Shown: positions 48,380 to 58,514, numbered from the stretch's first letter. The stretch is 64,000 nucleotides of DNA from Cyanobacteria bacterium P01_A01_bin.123 (GCA_039815185.1 JBCBZT010000044.1:1-64000); one strand, 5' to 3'. Made by a program: numbers and translations. The notes: generated from the letters alone by a model not told the origin.

Positions 48380-49126
48380 CTAAACTGCAACCGGAACTTT
48401 TGCTGCTTTAGGCGCCTTGATGTAAGGGTTTTCGAGACTGTGGGTTTCGACGAAAGTCATCATTTCATGCACTACATCGGTAAAGGCATCAAAGACATTA
48501 GCCACCAGTTCACATGCTTTTTCACAGGTTGCGTCATCGAGCTCAATGCTTTCAATAAAGTCTTCTACGTTTTCAGTACCGATGGGATGTCCGGTTTCGA
48601 TATCGAAGTGCGATGGCCCAAAGTAGGGGTATCTAATCTGGGTGATCTGTTCAAGTTCACTGGCCACCTCAGCAGTTCTGCACAAAACGACGTGTCCTGT
48701 AGCTTCAACCGCTTCAGTAATCGCCAGCTTCAAACGTGAATCAGTTTGGGCGGTATACCACATGGCGAGTTTGGTACAGATCAGGCGAGCATGCTGGGTT
48801 TCATCACTCCACAAAAATTTCAGCGCTTCACTCAGGGGCAACGTATGATCTAAGCCGAGGCGAGTTAAATCTTGCAAATACCACAACCAGTGATGATCAT
48901 CTTCGTAGGTGTGGACATTAATCATTTCCTGGATTTGATTAGAGGGGGGTGTTTCCCTCAGGAAATACTTGTTTAAATCTCCGAAGTTCATGGCATAGGG
49001 AGCAATACAAGGCACAAATCCCAAGCGCTTATGGGGATGGATTGTCTTGTCTCTCATGAAATGAAACAGCGGCAGCTGTTCAAATTCATACTTTTTCACT
49101 TCAATAAACTCAAGAACTCGCTTCAT
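48380..49126 (-). CDS. AetD-like heme-oxygenase-fold diiron oxidase (HDO)
   Basis: Collinear by recall with aetokthonotoxin nitrile synthase AetD: F.RD.TI.P..RL...PCIA..A.NF.DLN.Y, IN.HT.ED..HW.W.L.DL, SEAL.F.WSD, EA.E..G, H...ETGH..GTEN. The ATG at 49126 has GGAG upstream. Confidence 0.82.
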   Translation of the reverse strand: MKRVLEFIEVKKYEFEQLPLFHFMRDKTIHPHKRLGFVPCIAPYAMNFGDLNKYFLRETPPSNQIQEMINVHTYEDDHHWLWYLQDLTRLGLDHTLPLSEALKFLWSDETQHARLICTKLAMWYTAQTDSRLKLAITEAVEATGHVVLCRTAEVASELEQITQIRYPYFGPSHFDIETGHPIGTENVEDFIESIELDDATCEKACELVANVFDAFTDVVHEMMTFVETHSLENPYIKAPKAAKVPVAV

Positions 49127-49854
49127 GGTGAAATCTCCACAACTTAGGAAACAGAAAACAGGCCACTTCAATCTGCCTACCTGAGACAGATTGCGGTGGG
49201 TTGCTATTCAGCATTAGCCAACAAAAAACTGCGCTCTTGAAATTCAGAACCCAAATAAAAGGAAATTCTGAATTTGAGACGTCAACAAAAACAACACTAG
49301 AGGACTCGGAAACTTAAATTTTCTAGGGAAACACTGAGGTATTGGTCGAGACCCTAGGAAAATTCAGTAGTTCAACGGTTTTCTTTAAGCCACCGAACTC
49401 TATAGCGACAATTTAGACTTTATGAGCCCTTAGCGTCAACCTGGCGGAAATACGTAACTTTAGCGGAACAAAAATAATTGAATCAGTTAATCTTTTCAGT
49501 GAGAACACTCTCTTCTAAACACTAGATTTTACATTCCTTAAAATAATTTTAAATAAACATGAAGTAGCTGCTAGGGCAGGCATCCAGCCATTTTGCTTTG
49601 GAGGGGAAAAGGTGTATTTACGTAGTCAAAAATTTGTTCTGCCAAATGAAGAACATTTTGAATATTTTGTCTCCAAAAATATAAGCTTTTATGCTTAGAT
49701 TCTGAGGACAACGATGCGGAAGTCTGGTGATCAATTCAGGGGATTTACGGATTGTTGTGATTCGGTGAGTTCCGTAAAGGTACTTAGATTTTTATGATTT
49801 GAGGTGTGCGCGAATTGGCGCAGATCCACTGCGCGCATTGGCGTACAGCAGGGT

Positions 49855-50631
49855 TTACCCGAAGGCAACATCGAGAAACATCATGATTACAAAGCCCACC
49901 ATGACGCCCAGGGTGCCGCTTTGGCCCAAACTCTTTTGGTCAATTTCAGGGATGATTTCGTCCACAGTTACAAACAGCATTGCACCTGCGGCGAAGGCCA
50001 TCCCCCAAGGCAAGACGGGTTGGGCAATGCTGACAATGCTGACCCCGAAAATACCGCCGATGGGTTCTACTAGACCTGTCAAAGTGGAAACACCGAGGGC
50101 ATAGAGGGCTGAGTAGTTGAGGTTCCGCAAAGCGATCGCGACCACCAACCCCTCCGGGATATTTTGCAGACCAATCCCCATGGTTAGGGCTGACGCACTG
50201 GTCGGATCACTGCCCCCAAAACCAACCCCAACGGCCAGCCCCTCTGGGAAATTGTGCAGCGTAATGGCAATCACAAATAGCCAAATGCGTTTGAGGTTTT
50301 CCCCATGGGGGCCTTCTTGACCTTTAAAGATGTGCTCGTGGGGAAAATTGTTGTGGGCTAACCACAGAGCAGCGCTCCCGAGCAAAATGCCCACCAACAT
50401 GATCAGCGCCGCCGAGGTCGTGGAGTTCCCTTGGCGGATGGCGGCTTCGGTTCCTGGAATGATTAGCGAAAAAGACGTGGCCGCTAGCATAATGCCACCG
50501 CCGAGTCCTAGCAAAATGCCCTGGACGCGATCGCTGAGGTTGATCGGTAGCAGCACGGGTAACGCCCCAACGGTAGTCCCTAACCCAGCTAACAGGCTGG
50601 CGAGGGTTCCCAGAAGAATGGTATTCATCAT
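49855..50631 (-). CDS. ZIP-family metal transporter (GufA/ZupT-like)
   Basis: AITLHNFPEGLAVG, GIGLQNIPEGL, TGLVEP, DEIIPE. Confidence 0.92.
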   Translation of the reverse strand: MMNTILLGTLASLLAGLGTTVGALPVLLPINLSDRVQGILLGLGGGIMLAATSFSLIIPGTEAAIRQGNSTTSAALIMLVGILLGSAALWLAHNNFPHEHIFKGQEGPHGENLKRIWLFVIAITLHNFPEGLAVGVGFGGSDPTSASALTMGIGLQNIPEGLVVAIALRNLNYSALYALGVSTLTGLVEPIGGIFGVSIVSIAQPVLPWGMAFAAGAMLFVTVDEIIPEIDQKSLGQSGTLGVMVGFVIMMFLDVAFG

Positions 50632-50860
50632 GATGGGGGCTGGGGTGACTGGGACTGGATGATGGTGTTTAGTGACTTTGCAAGCTGCACGGGCAAGCTG
50701 CTCGCATTATGGATGCAGTTAAACCTTGCCCAGGTCTGAACTTGGTCGACAAGACTGGCAAGTCAGGGAAATTAAACCCCATCCGATTTGGAACCTGGAG
50801 CAGGGGCATAGGGCCTTATACCCCTACAGGAAAAATGATGGATCTGGATGTGGATACGGT

Positions 50861-51238
50861 TTAATTCGCGGATGGCTGAATGGCGTGATGTTTGAGATCG
50901 TCTAAGGAGACGTACTCAAGGGTAGCGGCGTGGGTTGCTTCGAGAATAACCGGGGGTGCTACCCCATCATCGAGGGCTTCTTTCCAGCGGGGGGCGCACA
51001 AACACCAGCGATCGCCCGGTTTTAGCCCAGGAAAATTAAACCCCGGTACGGGGGTGCTCAAGTCATTGCCCTGGGCCTTGGTATAGCTCAAAAATTCAGC
51101 CGTCATCTGGGCGCAAACGGTATGAGTTCCCATATCTCCGGCTCCCGTGTTGCAGCAGCCATCGCGGTAAAATCCGGTCATCGGGTCGAGGCTGCAAGGT
51201 TCAAGGGGGCTTCCTAACACGTTGCTGGCGGTTGACAT
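50861..51238 (-). CDS. DUF2237-family protein
   Basis: NVLGSPLEPCSLDPMTGFYRDGCC, GNDLSTP, FPGLKPGDRWCLCA. Start at the ATG at 51238. Confidence 0.9.
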   Translation of the reverse strand: MSTASNVLGSPLEPCSLDPMTGFYRDGCCNTGAGDMGTHTVCAQMTAEFLSYTKAQGNDLSTPVPGFNFPGLKPGDRWCLCAPRWKEALDDGVAPPVILEATHAATLEYVSLDDLKHHAIQPSAN

Positions 51239-51292
51239 TTTATTTCGTAGAGAAATTCGATAGTTCCATTGTCTCGGATTTAGAGCAGAAAG

Positions 51293-52783
51293 ATGCCTGT
51301 GGCCCAAGCAACACCGCTGAAGTTATCCACCAAGCTGGCCTATGGGATTGGTGAACTGGGCGTGGCTGCGCCGATTAGCGTGGGGATATTTTTAGGGTTA
51401 TTCTTTTTGACCGATGTGGTGGGGTTGAGGGCAGGAACGGCGGGGACTGTTTTGCTGCTGGGTCGGGTGTGGGATGGGATTAACGATCCGTTGACGGGTT
51501 GGCTCAGCGATCGCACCCGGTCTCCCTGGGGGCGTCGCTATCCTTGGATGGTTGGGGCAGCACTGCCACTGAGCGTGGGATGTGCATTGCAGTGGTGGGT
51601 GCCGCCGCTGGAGGCTGAGTCATATCTATTTATGTATTACGGTGGCGTGTCACTGCTAATCTACGCCAGCTTTACAGCCGTGCAGCTACCGTTTACTGCG
51701 CTGGCGGCAGAACTGACACCCCACTACGACGAACGCACCAGTCTAACGACTTATAAGGCAGGGTTTAACCTAGCGGGTGGAATTTTGGGGTTGTTGATGG
51801 CCCAGGTCATTTTTGCGGTGATCGACAATCCCCGGCAGCAGTATTTGGCGCTAGGGATTGTCCTCGGAGTTTTGGCCGTGGGGGCGATCGCGATCGCAGT
51901 CATGGGAACCTATCCTCGCTATTGCCAGGTTCGTCTTGATCGGATTTCCGGGCGGCAGCCTGGGCAGAGGCGGCAGCGCGTAAGCGCCAGAAGCCAGGGC
52001 GCTTGGCGTCTGCGTGGTTTGCCTAGGGCGTTTTCCCGGCTGAGCTCAGTCATGGGGAAAATCCTTGGTTCTTTAATTGATAATGCCCCCTTCTGTGGTT
52101 TGGTTGCCCTCTATCTATGCTCTTGGCTGGGTATTCAGGTGACAGCGGCGATGCTACCTTACTTTGTTCAGCGGGTGATGGCTTTGCCAGAGAATCATGT
52201 GATTCAAATGGCGATCGCGGTTCAAGCGACCGCGATCTTGGCCCTACCCGGTTGGAATCAGTTGGCGCAGCGCACCAGCAAAAAAACGGTTTACGTGATG
52301 GGTGCGCCGATTGCCATAGCTGGATTAATGGTGTTGGGGGGGATACAGCCGGGTCAGATGAGCCTGATGTATGGCTGCGCTATGGCTGTGGGATTTGGCA
52401 TTGCCACGTTTTATTTAGTGCCGTTGGCGATGTTGCCCGATGTGATCGATTGGGATGAACTGCGGACTGGGCAACGGCGAGAGGGATTGTTTGTCAGTGT
52501 GATGGTGTTTTTGCAGAAGGGGGCGATCGCGATCGCCCTATTTTTGACCGCCCAACTGCTGGACTGGCTGGATCGCTCAACCCTAGAACCAACGGCAGGT
52601 CTGGGGACAATTCGAGTGTTGATGAGTTGGCTGCCGGGGGTGACGATTGGGTTAGGGCTGGTGGTGATCAGTCGCTATGGGCTGAGTCGCGATCGCCACC
52701 GGGTGATTCAGCGTCGTTTGCAAAACATCCGTAGCCAACGGCGGTTACGGTCAAACGCTAAGCCTAAGGAAGATAACGCCTAA
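51293..52783 (+). CDS. MFS transporter, GPH/MelB-like family
   Basis: KLAYGIGE, WDGINDPLTGWLSDRTRSPWGRRYPW, ELTPHYDERT, MLPDVID..RREG. Confidence 0.9.
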   Translation: MPVAQATPLKLSTKLAYGIGELGVAAPISVGIFLGLFFLTDVVGLRAGTAGTVLLLGRVWDGINDPLTGWLSDRTRSPWGRRYPWMVGAALPLSVGCALQWWVPPLEAESYLFMYYGGVSLLIYASFTAVQLPFTALAAELTPHYDERTSLTTYKAGFNLAGGILGLLMAQVIFAVIDNPRQQYLALGIVLGVLAVGAIAIAVMGTYPRYCQVRLDRISGRQPGQRRQRVSARSQGAWRLRGLPRAFSRLSSVMGKILGSLIDNAPFCGLVALYLCSWLGIQVTAAMLPYFVQRVMALPENHVIQMAIAVQATAILALPGWNQLAQRTSKKTVYVMGAPIAIAGLMVLGGIQPGQMSLMYGCAMAVGFGIATFYLVPLAMLPDVIDWDELRTGQRREGLFVSVMVFLQKGAIAIALFLTAQLLDWLDRSTLEPTAGLGTIRVLMSWLPGVTIGLGLVVISRYGLSRDRHRVIQRRLQNIRSQRRLRSNAKPKEDNA

Positions 52784-52863
52784 AGCTTGACGCTAAAAAA
52801 TCGGGTAGGATCATGAATCCAAAGGGGGAAAGTCTTTTTGATACATGTCTGGAGAATTAGACC

Positions 52864-54288
52864 ATGGGTTCATCCCCAGAGGCGAAGGGTGCGCCTGCTT
52901 TTTCAGAAGCACTGGATCTCAAAACGCGGTTGTCTTACGGGGTTGGTGAACTAGCCGGGGCGTTGCCGACCAGCGCCAATGCTTTTTTGCTCCTGTTTTT
53001 TCTGACCAATGTGGCTGGATTAGCGCCGTCTTTAGCAGGGGCCGTGATCTTGGTGAGTAAGGTGTGGGATGCCTTTAGCGATCCGTTGATTGGTTGGCTC
53101 AGCGATCGCACCCGTTCTCCCCTTGGCCGTCGTTACCCTTGGATGCTAGCTGGGGCAATTCCCTTGGGGTTGTTAACGGCATTTCAGTGGTTGCTGCCTC
53201 CCACTGATCAGCAATGGCTGCTGTTTGCTTTCTATACAACGGCAGGAGTCTTGGCATTTACAGCATTTACAGCGGTGCAGTTGCCCTTCTCAGCCCTAGC
53301 GGCAGAATTAACCCAAGGCTACGATGCCCGCATTAGCCTGATCAGTTTCAAGTCAGGCTTTAGCATCTGTGGCAGTATTTTCACGCTGTTAATCGCGCGA
53401 TTAATTTTTGCTCAAATCACGGATCCAGGGGCGCAATATATCGTTTTGGGCGGTATCAATGGCAGTCTGGTCGTGTTAGCCATTGGGATTTGCGTGCTAG
53501 GCACGCTACCCCGGTACCGCCTCGTTCGCAGCAGCCACCCGGAAATTGGCGTTGCCACTTCAAATTCGCTACTCAAGCAAATCCGGGCGGCGATGCAGAG
53601 TCGCGCTTTCCTCTGGGTGATTGGGCTTTACCTGTGCTCTTGGACCGGGGTGCAGGTGACCGCTGTGGTGCTGCCCTATTTTGTCGTGGACTGGATGGGT
53701 CTCTCAGAACAACATTTTTTCCAGATGGCGTTGGTGGTTCAAGGGACTGCTGTTTGCACTATGTATGGCTGGAATGTCATGGCCCGCCACACGGGTAAGC
53801 GTTCGATTTATTTCATGGGCATCCCGGTGACCTTGGTCGGGTTAGCGGGATTATTTTTTATCCAGCCAGGGCAGGTGGGCTGGATGTATGCCCTGGGATG
53901 CATGGCGGGTGTGGGGGTGTCTACCGTCTATTTAGTGCCCTGGTCGATGTTGCCAGATGTCGTCGATCTCGATGAATTGACCACTGGCAAACGCCGGGAA
54001 GGTATTTTCTACGGGTTTGTCGTGTTCTTACAAAAAATTGGCATTGCCCTGGCCGTCTTTATCACGGGTCGTGTGCTTGATTGGGCCGGATTTATGCCGT
54101 CTGTGGCTGGGGCTGCCGCGCCTGTGCAGCCCGACTCAGCCCTGTGGGCGATTCGATTGATTATGGGGCCATTGCCTGTCGTCACGCTGCTGTTGGGGTT
54201 ACTGTTTGCCTATTGGTATCCGATTAGCCGCGAAGTTCATGCTGAGATTTTGATGAAGCTGAAGGCACGACACGGTGCTGATGTTTGA
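52864..54288 (+). CDS. MFS transporter, GPH/MelB-like family (tandem paralog)
   Basis: RLSYGVGE, WDAFSDPLIGWLSDRTRSPLGRRYPW, PWSMLPDVVD..TGKRREG. Confidence 0.92.
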   Translation: MGSSPEAKGAPAFSEALDLKTRLSYGVGELAGALPTSANAFLLLFFLTNVAGLAPSLAGAVILVSKVWDAFSDPLIGWLSDRTRSPLGRRYPWMLAGAIPLGLLTAFQWLLPPTDQQWLLFAFYTTAGVLAFTAFTAVQLPFSALAAELTQGYDARISLISFKSGFSICGSIFTLLIARLIFAQITDPGAQYIVLGGINGSLVVLAIGICVLGTLPRYRLVRSSHPEIGVATSNSLLKQIRAAMQSRAFLWVIGLYLCSWTGVQVTAVVLPYFVVDWMGLSEQHFFQMALVVQGTAVCTMYGWNVMARHTGKRSIYFMGIPVTLVGLAGLFFIQPGQVGWMYALGCMAGVGVSTVYLVPWSMLPDVVDLDELTTGKRREGIFYGFVVFLQKIGIALAVFITGRVLDWAGFMPSVAGAAAPVQPDSALWAIRLIMGPLPVVTLLLGLLFAYWYPISREVHAEILMKLKARHGADV

Positions 54289-54432
54289 GGCAGGCGTCGT
54301 CATGAGGAATTGACGTTTTAGGTTTTCTCTAGCGAGAGTCATTGAAGCGCGATCGATAATCTGGCCAGCGCCATAATACCGACCTGTCGCTAAGATTGAG
54401 ACATTGCCGCGCCTGGTTCAGTCCTATGGTTC

Positions 54433-54639
54433 ATGCTGACCTCTACAAAGGGCGATCGCTATCTTTCAGCAGAAGAACAAGCCCAACAGGCTCAAGCCCA
54501 AGTCCAAGCAGAGCGACAGGCTCGCTTAGCGGCTGTATCACGACTCCATAAGATGGGGCTTTCAGTGGAACAAATTGCTGGCGCGTTGGGATTATCGGTG
54601 GATGGGGTCAGTGAGGTGGTGCATCAGACTGATACTTGA
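54433..54639 (+). pseudogene. Probable C-terminal remnant of a Uma2/Rpn-type protein
   Basis: GDRYLSAEEQAQQAQ..ERQARL..RL..MGLSVEQIA.ALGL resembles the coiled-coil/HTH tail of cyanobacterial Uma2/Rpn proteins. No nuclease core is present. Confidence 0.45.
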
Positions 54640-54665
54640 TGCATTAGACACTTGACGCATTAGAC
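54634..54665. repeat. 16-bp tandem repeat (1 mismatch)
   Basis: acttgatgcattagac followed by acttgacgcattagac. Confidence 0.85.
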
Positions 54666-54708
54666 AATAGAAACAGTCGAGGACGATTGCGGTTTTGCAA
54701 GGCGGTCA

Positions 54709-57513
54709 ATGATGAAGCAATGCGCATGGCAATTCGGACTGGTCGCGATCATGATGTCCTTAGGGGGATCGGCAGCAGCGTCACAGCCGAGCGTTATCCC
54801 GTTTCAACAGGTACTGGCTCAGGCACCTTGGGAGCATCCGTTGCGATCGCTAAACGGTACGCTTCAGGACAGTGGATCTCAAGTTAAACAGGCTGAAAAC
54901 GAGGCAACGCCCCAACAGGCAGAAGCCGATCGTCTTTTAGAGCAAGGCATTCAGCAATACCGAATTAGCGAATTTCAAGCGGCGCTGCAATCTTGGCAGC
55001 AGGCGCTGGCCCTTTATCAAACGATAGGCGATCGCCGGGGTGAAGCCAATGCGCTTGGCAACTTGGGCCTAGCCTTCCATGCGTTGGGTCAATATCAGCA
55101 GGCGATTGACTTGCTGCAACACCAGTTAGCCATTGTCCGCGACCTGGGCGATCGCTTGGGGGAAAGCAACGCGATCGGCAACCTGGGTATTGCCTTTCAG
55201 GCCCTAGGCCAATATCCCTGCGCGATCGACCTTTATCAGCAACAGTTAACCCTGGTGAGGGAGGTCAGCTTTCGAGCTGCGTTCCCAACGGAAAGCCGTC
55301 AAGGCGAAGCCAATGCGCTCACCAACTTGGGCAATACCTACAATGCGTTGGGTCAATATCGGCAGGCGATTGAGTTTCATCAACAGGCATTGGTGATCAG
55401 ACGCGATCTGGGCGATCGCCAAGGGGAAGCTGCCGCCCTGGGCAACTTAAGCGTGTCTTTTCGTTCCCTCGGTCAGTATCAGCGCGCCATTGACTTACTC
55501 CAGCAACAGTTAACCCTGGTGCGCGCCATTGGCGATCGTTGGGGTGAAGCCAATGCCTTGAGCAACTTGGGGAGTACTTACCATTATCTGGGCCAATATC
55601 AGCGAGCGATTGACTTGTTTCAGCAGCAATTAGCGATCGCCCGGCAGATCAGCAACCGGCAAAGCGAAGCCGATGCCCTGGGTAACTTGGGCAACACCTA
55701 TAATTTTTTCGATCAACCCCAGCGCGCCGTTGACTTACTTCAGCAGCAGTTAGTCATTACCCGTGACCTCGGCGATCGCCTGGGTGAAGCCAATGCCTTG
55801 GGTAATTTAGGCATTGCTTATTCGTCTCTGGGCCAGTATCAAAACGCGATTGACGTTCAGCAGCAGGCGTTAACTATTAGACGCGACATTGGCGATCGCC
55901 GGGGTGAAGCCAATTCTCTCGGTAACTTGGGTCTTGTCTACCATGCCTTAGCCCAGTACGACCAAGCGATGGTGCTGCATCAGCAATCGTTAGTGATTGC
56001 CCGCGAAATCGATAATCGCCAAGACGAAGCCGCTGCGCTCAATAACCTGGGCTTAGCCCTGATCAAGCTGAATCGATTGGTTGAAGCCGAAGCCACGCTG
56101 ATGCAATCCATTGGAGCCTTTGAATCGCTACGCACTGACTTACCCGATGCCAACCTGATCACCATTGCCGATACGCAATGGTCTGCCTATTCGCTCCTCG
56201 AAATCGCATTAGCGGTTCAAGGCAAAACCGCCGAAGCGCTTGAAATCACTGAACGAGCCCGCGCTCGCGCCTTTGTCTTACAACTGGCAAACCGCCAGTC
56301 CGGTAGCGAACCACAGATCGAGTGGGCTGCCATTGACCCGCCCAAGCCTCCCACCATCGCTGAAATTCAGCAAATCGCCCGCGACCAAGACGCCACCCTG
56401 GTCACCTATTCTCTACGTCCCGATCAGGTTTTGTACATTTGGGTTGTACAGCCTTCTGGCGATATCGAGTTTCGTTTCGTTAGGTTCAATGGTGCTGACG
56501 ATGGTGCTAACCCGATGGCTACCCTGGATGGCCCGCTCTATCGCAGTGATGTCAGCCCCTCAGAACTAGACACCCTGATTGCAGAAACGCGCACAGGCAT
56601 TGCCGTTGTTGGTGATGCCAATCCAGAAGCCTTGGAAGATTTGCATACTGTTTTAATCGACCCCATTGCAGATTTACTCCCAACTGACCCTGAGGCCAAC
56701 ATCGTTTTCATTCCCCAGGGTCGGTTATTCCTCGTGCCCTTTGCGGCACTGCAAGATGCTGACGGGACTTATCTGGTTGAGAAGCATACGGTGTTGACGG
56801 CACCGTCGATTCAGGTGTTGGGGTTGGCAAGCCAGCAGGGCGGAGAGCAGACGGCGACATTTCTACAAGACAGGAATGCTTTGGTGGTGGGGAATCCCGT
56901 AATGCCAAGGGTTTGGATTCCAGGGGGGGATGAATTGCAGGAGATTCAGCTTTCGCCCCTACCTGGCACTGAGGCTGAAGCGTTGGCCATTGGCGACTTT
57001 CTCAACGTTTCGCCGTTGATTGGCGATCAGGCCACAGAATCTCGAATCAAACAGCAGTTGCCGACAGCCCAACTCGTTCACCTGGCCACCCACGGACTGC
57101 TGGACTATGGCGATCCGCAATCCTCTGGCATTCTTGATGTGCCGGGTGCTGTTGCCCTCACCCCTGGAAATGGGGAAGACGGATTGCTCACCGCTGCCGA
57201 AATTCTCGAGATGGATTTGCAGGCCCAACTAGCCATCCTCAGTGCTTGCGATACGGGGCGGGGACGAATTACCGGAGATGGGGTGGTGGGCTTATCGCGA
57301 TCGCTGATTACCGCCGGAGTCCCCAGTGTGATCGTCTCATTGTGGGCAGTCCCCGATGCGCCGACGGCGGCATTGATGACAGAGTTTTATCGTCAACTAC
57401 AACAGGGACAAACTAAAGCCCAGGCTTTGCGACAGGCGATGTTGACCACGATGGCTCAGCATCCAGAGCCGCGAAACTGGGCGGCGTTTACATTGATGGG
57501 GGCGGCGAACTAA
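54709..57513 (+). CDS. TPR-repeat CHAT-domain (caspase-HetF family) protein
   Basis: Signal-like N-terminus, about 9 'GEANALGNLG..Y..LGQYQ.AI' TPRs, CHAT catalytic motifs HLATHG and LSACDTG, SLWAVPD, WAAFTLMG. Confidence 0.92.
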   Translation: MMKQCAWQFGLVAIMMSLGGSAAASQPSVIPFQQVLAQAPWEHPLRSLNGTLQDSGSQVKQAENEATPQQAEADRLLEQGIQQYRISEFQAALQSWQQALALYQTIGDRRGEANALGNLGLAFHALGQYQQAIDLLQHQLAIVRDLGDRLGESNAIGNLGIAFQALGQYPCAIDLYQQQLTLVREVSFRAAFPTESRQGEANALTNLGNTYNALGQYRQAIEFHQQALVIRRDLGDRQGEAAALGNLSVSFRSLGQYQRAIDLLQQQLTLVRAIGDRWGEANALSNLGSTYHYLGQYQRAIDLFQQQLAIARQISNRQSEADALGNLGNTYNFFDQPQRAVDLLQQQLVITRDLGDRLGEANALGNLGIAYSSLGQYQNAIDVQQQALTIRRDIGDRRGEANSLGNLGLVYHALAQYDQAMVLHQQSLVIAREIDNRQDEAAALNNLGLALIKLNRLVEAEATLMQSIGAFESLRTDLPDANLITIADTQWSAYSLLEIALAVQGKTAEALEITERARARAFVLQLANRQSGSEPQIEWAAIDPPKPPTIAEIQQIARDQDATLVTYSLRPDQVLYIWVVQPSGDIEFRFVRFNGADDGANPMATLDGPLYRSDVSPSELDTLIAETRTGIAVVGDANPEALEDLHTVLIDPIADLLPTDPEANIVFIPQGRLFLVPFAALQDADGTYLVEKHTVLTAPSIQVLGLASQQGGEQTATFLQDRNALVVGNPVMPRVWIPGGDELQEIQLSPLPGTEAEALAIGDFLNVSPLIGDQATESRIKQQLPTAQLVHLATHGLLDYGDPQSSGILDVPGAVALTPGNGEDGLLTAAEILEMDLQAQLAILSACDTGRGRITGDGVVGLSRSLITAGVPSVIVSLWAVPDAPTAALMTEFYRQLQQGQTKAQALRQAMLTTMAQHPEPRNWAAFTLMGAAN

Positions 57514-57555
57514 TTGTTGGTGAGCCCGATCTGAAAGGGCGATCGCCCTGCGAAT

Positions 57556-57591
57556 CCCACCCCTGACAGTAGCGCTATTGTCAGGGGTGGG
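57556..57591. terminator. Strong hairpin between convergent CHAT and GNAT genes
   Basis: cccacccctgaca ... tgtcaggggtggg, 13-bp perfect stem. Confidence 0.7.
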
Positions 57592-57595
57592 GTAC

Positions 57596-58054
57596 CTAAA
57601 GCACTGGGCATCGCTTGATGAACTTCATTTCTCCCTGGTAGTCACCATCTAGCACGACCCCCACGGAAATCCATCCTAGGTGGCGATAAAAACCATAGGC
57701 TCTCAGGCTTGGGTCGTTGCCGGTCACTAGCCAAATCTCTTCAAGGTTTTTTGACCATAACCAGGCTTCAGCCGCCTGCATCAAAGCACGACCCGCGCCC
57801 TTACCCTCCCATGACGGCAGGACGAAGATACCAAAAATGGTTGCTTCGGTTGCGTTGGCGATCGCAAACCCAACAGGGCGGTTGTCGAAGTCGGCGATCC
57901 AGGCACCGCAATCCGTTGCTAGCATTCCGGCTATAGATTCGGGGGTAATGCCGAGTGCTGCAATCTCTTCACGAGACTGATAGTTTTCGGTAACGCTGGT
58001 GCGAATTTCGAAGAGCGTTTCGATGTCGTTGGGTTGAGCAGAGCGAATCAACAT
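57596..58054 (-). CDS. GNAT-family N-acetyltransferase
   Basis: IFVLPSWEGKGAGRALM acetyl-CoA loop; AYGFYRHLGW. Confidence 0.9.
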   Translation of the reverse strand: MLIRSAQPNDIETLFEIRTSVTENYQSREEIAALGITPESIAGMLATDCGAWIADFDNRPVGFAIANATEATIFGIFVLPSWEGKGAGRALMQAAEAWLWSKNLEEIWLVTGNDPSLRAYGFYRHLGWISVGVVLDGDYQGEMKFIKRCPVL

Positions 58055-58142
58055 GTTTTCTCGAAGTGGGTGTCAGCTTATTGGCGTCAAGGCATGGCCT
58101 TAGTCGTGTTAAAGGCAGTCCACTTTTAGGACATCCTTTTCC

Positions 58143-58478
58143 CTAAACGCGAGTACGATATCGCTGTTCTAGCCAAATGCGAAGTTCATCTTCAGTGGTA
58201 TTTTGGATCTGCTGATGGGTTATAGGGTCATGGGCCTCAAACCGCACCTCGCCATTGAGCGAGTATCGGATGCGGATTTTGGGCTCATCGTCAGGCGGCG
58301 CAAATATGTGCAGCAATTGAGAGGCTAGACGCTGCAGACCTTTAGCCATTTTGGCGGGCGGCGCAGCAGAAAGGGTACCGGGGGGCAACAGCTCCAGCTG
58401 TTCGTAAAGCCTTAGTTGAGAGTTCATCATCCTAATTTTGGGTTGTTTTGGGTGGCATTGGTCAAAATCATCTCTCAT
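58143..58478 (-). CDS. Small conserved cyanobacterial hypothetical protein
   Basis: EPKI....F.AHDPIT......EDELRIWLEQRY motif recalled from cyanobacterial small proteins. The start may be at the downstream MM (about 58430). Confidence 0.6.
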   Translation of the reverse strand: MRDDFDQCHPKQPKIRMMNSQLRLYEQLELLPPGTLSAAPPAKMAKGLQRLASQLLHIFAPPDDEPKIRIRYSLNGEVRFEAHDPITHQQIQNTTEDELRIWLEQRYRTRV

Positions 58479-58490
58479 GAAAGAGAAGGT

Positions 58491-58514
58491 CTCGGGAGGA
58501 TCGATCCTCCCGAG
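58491..58514 (-). terminator. Perfect 24-bp palindrome downstream of the peroxiredoxin
   Basis: ctcgggaggatcgatcctcccgag, followed on the minus strand by a pyrimidine run. Confidence 0.65.

Noticed and set aside
43692..49126. Aetokthonotoxin (aet) gene cluster
   Set aside because: Only an AetD-like gene is present. No recognisable AetA/AetF halogenases, P450 AetB or tryptophanase AetE occur in the window.
55000..56060. 120-bp periodic DNA repeats
   Set aside because: Explained by the 40-aa TPR units of the CHAT protein.
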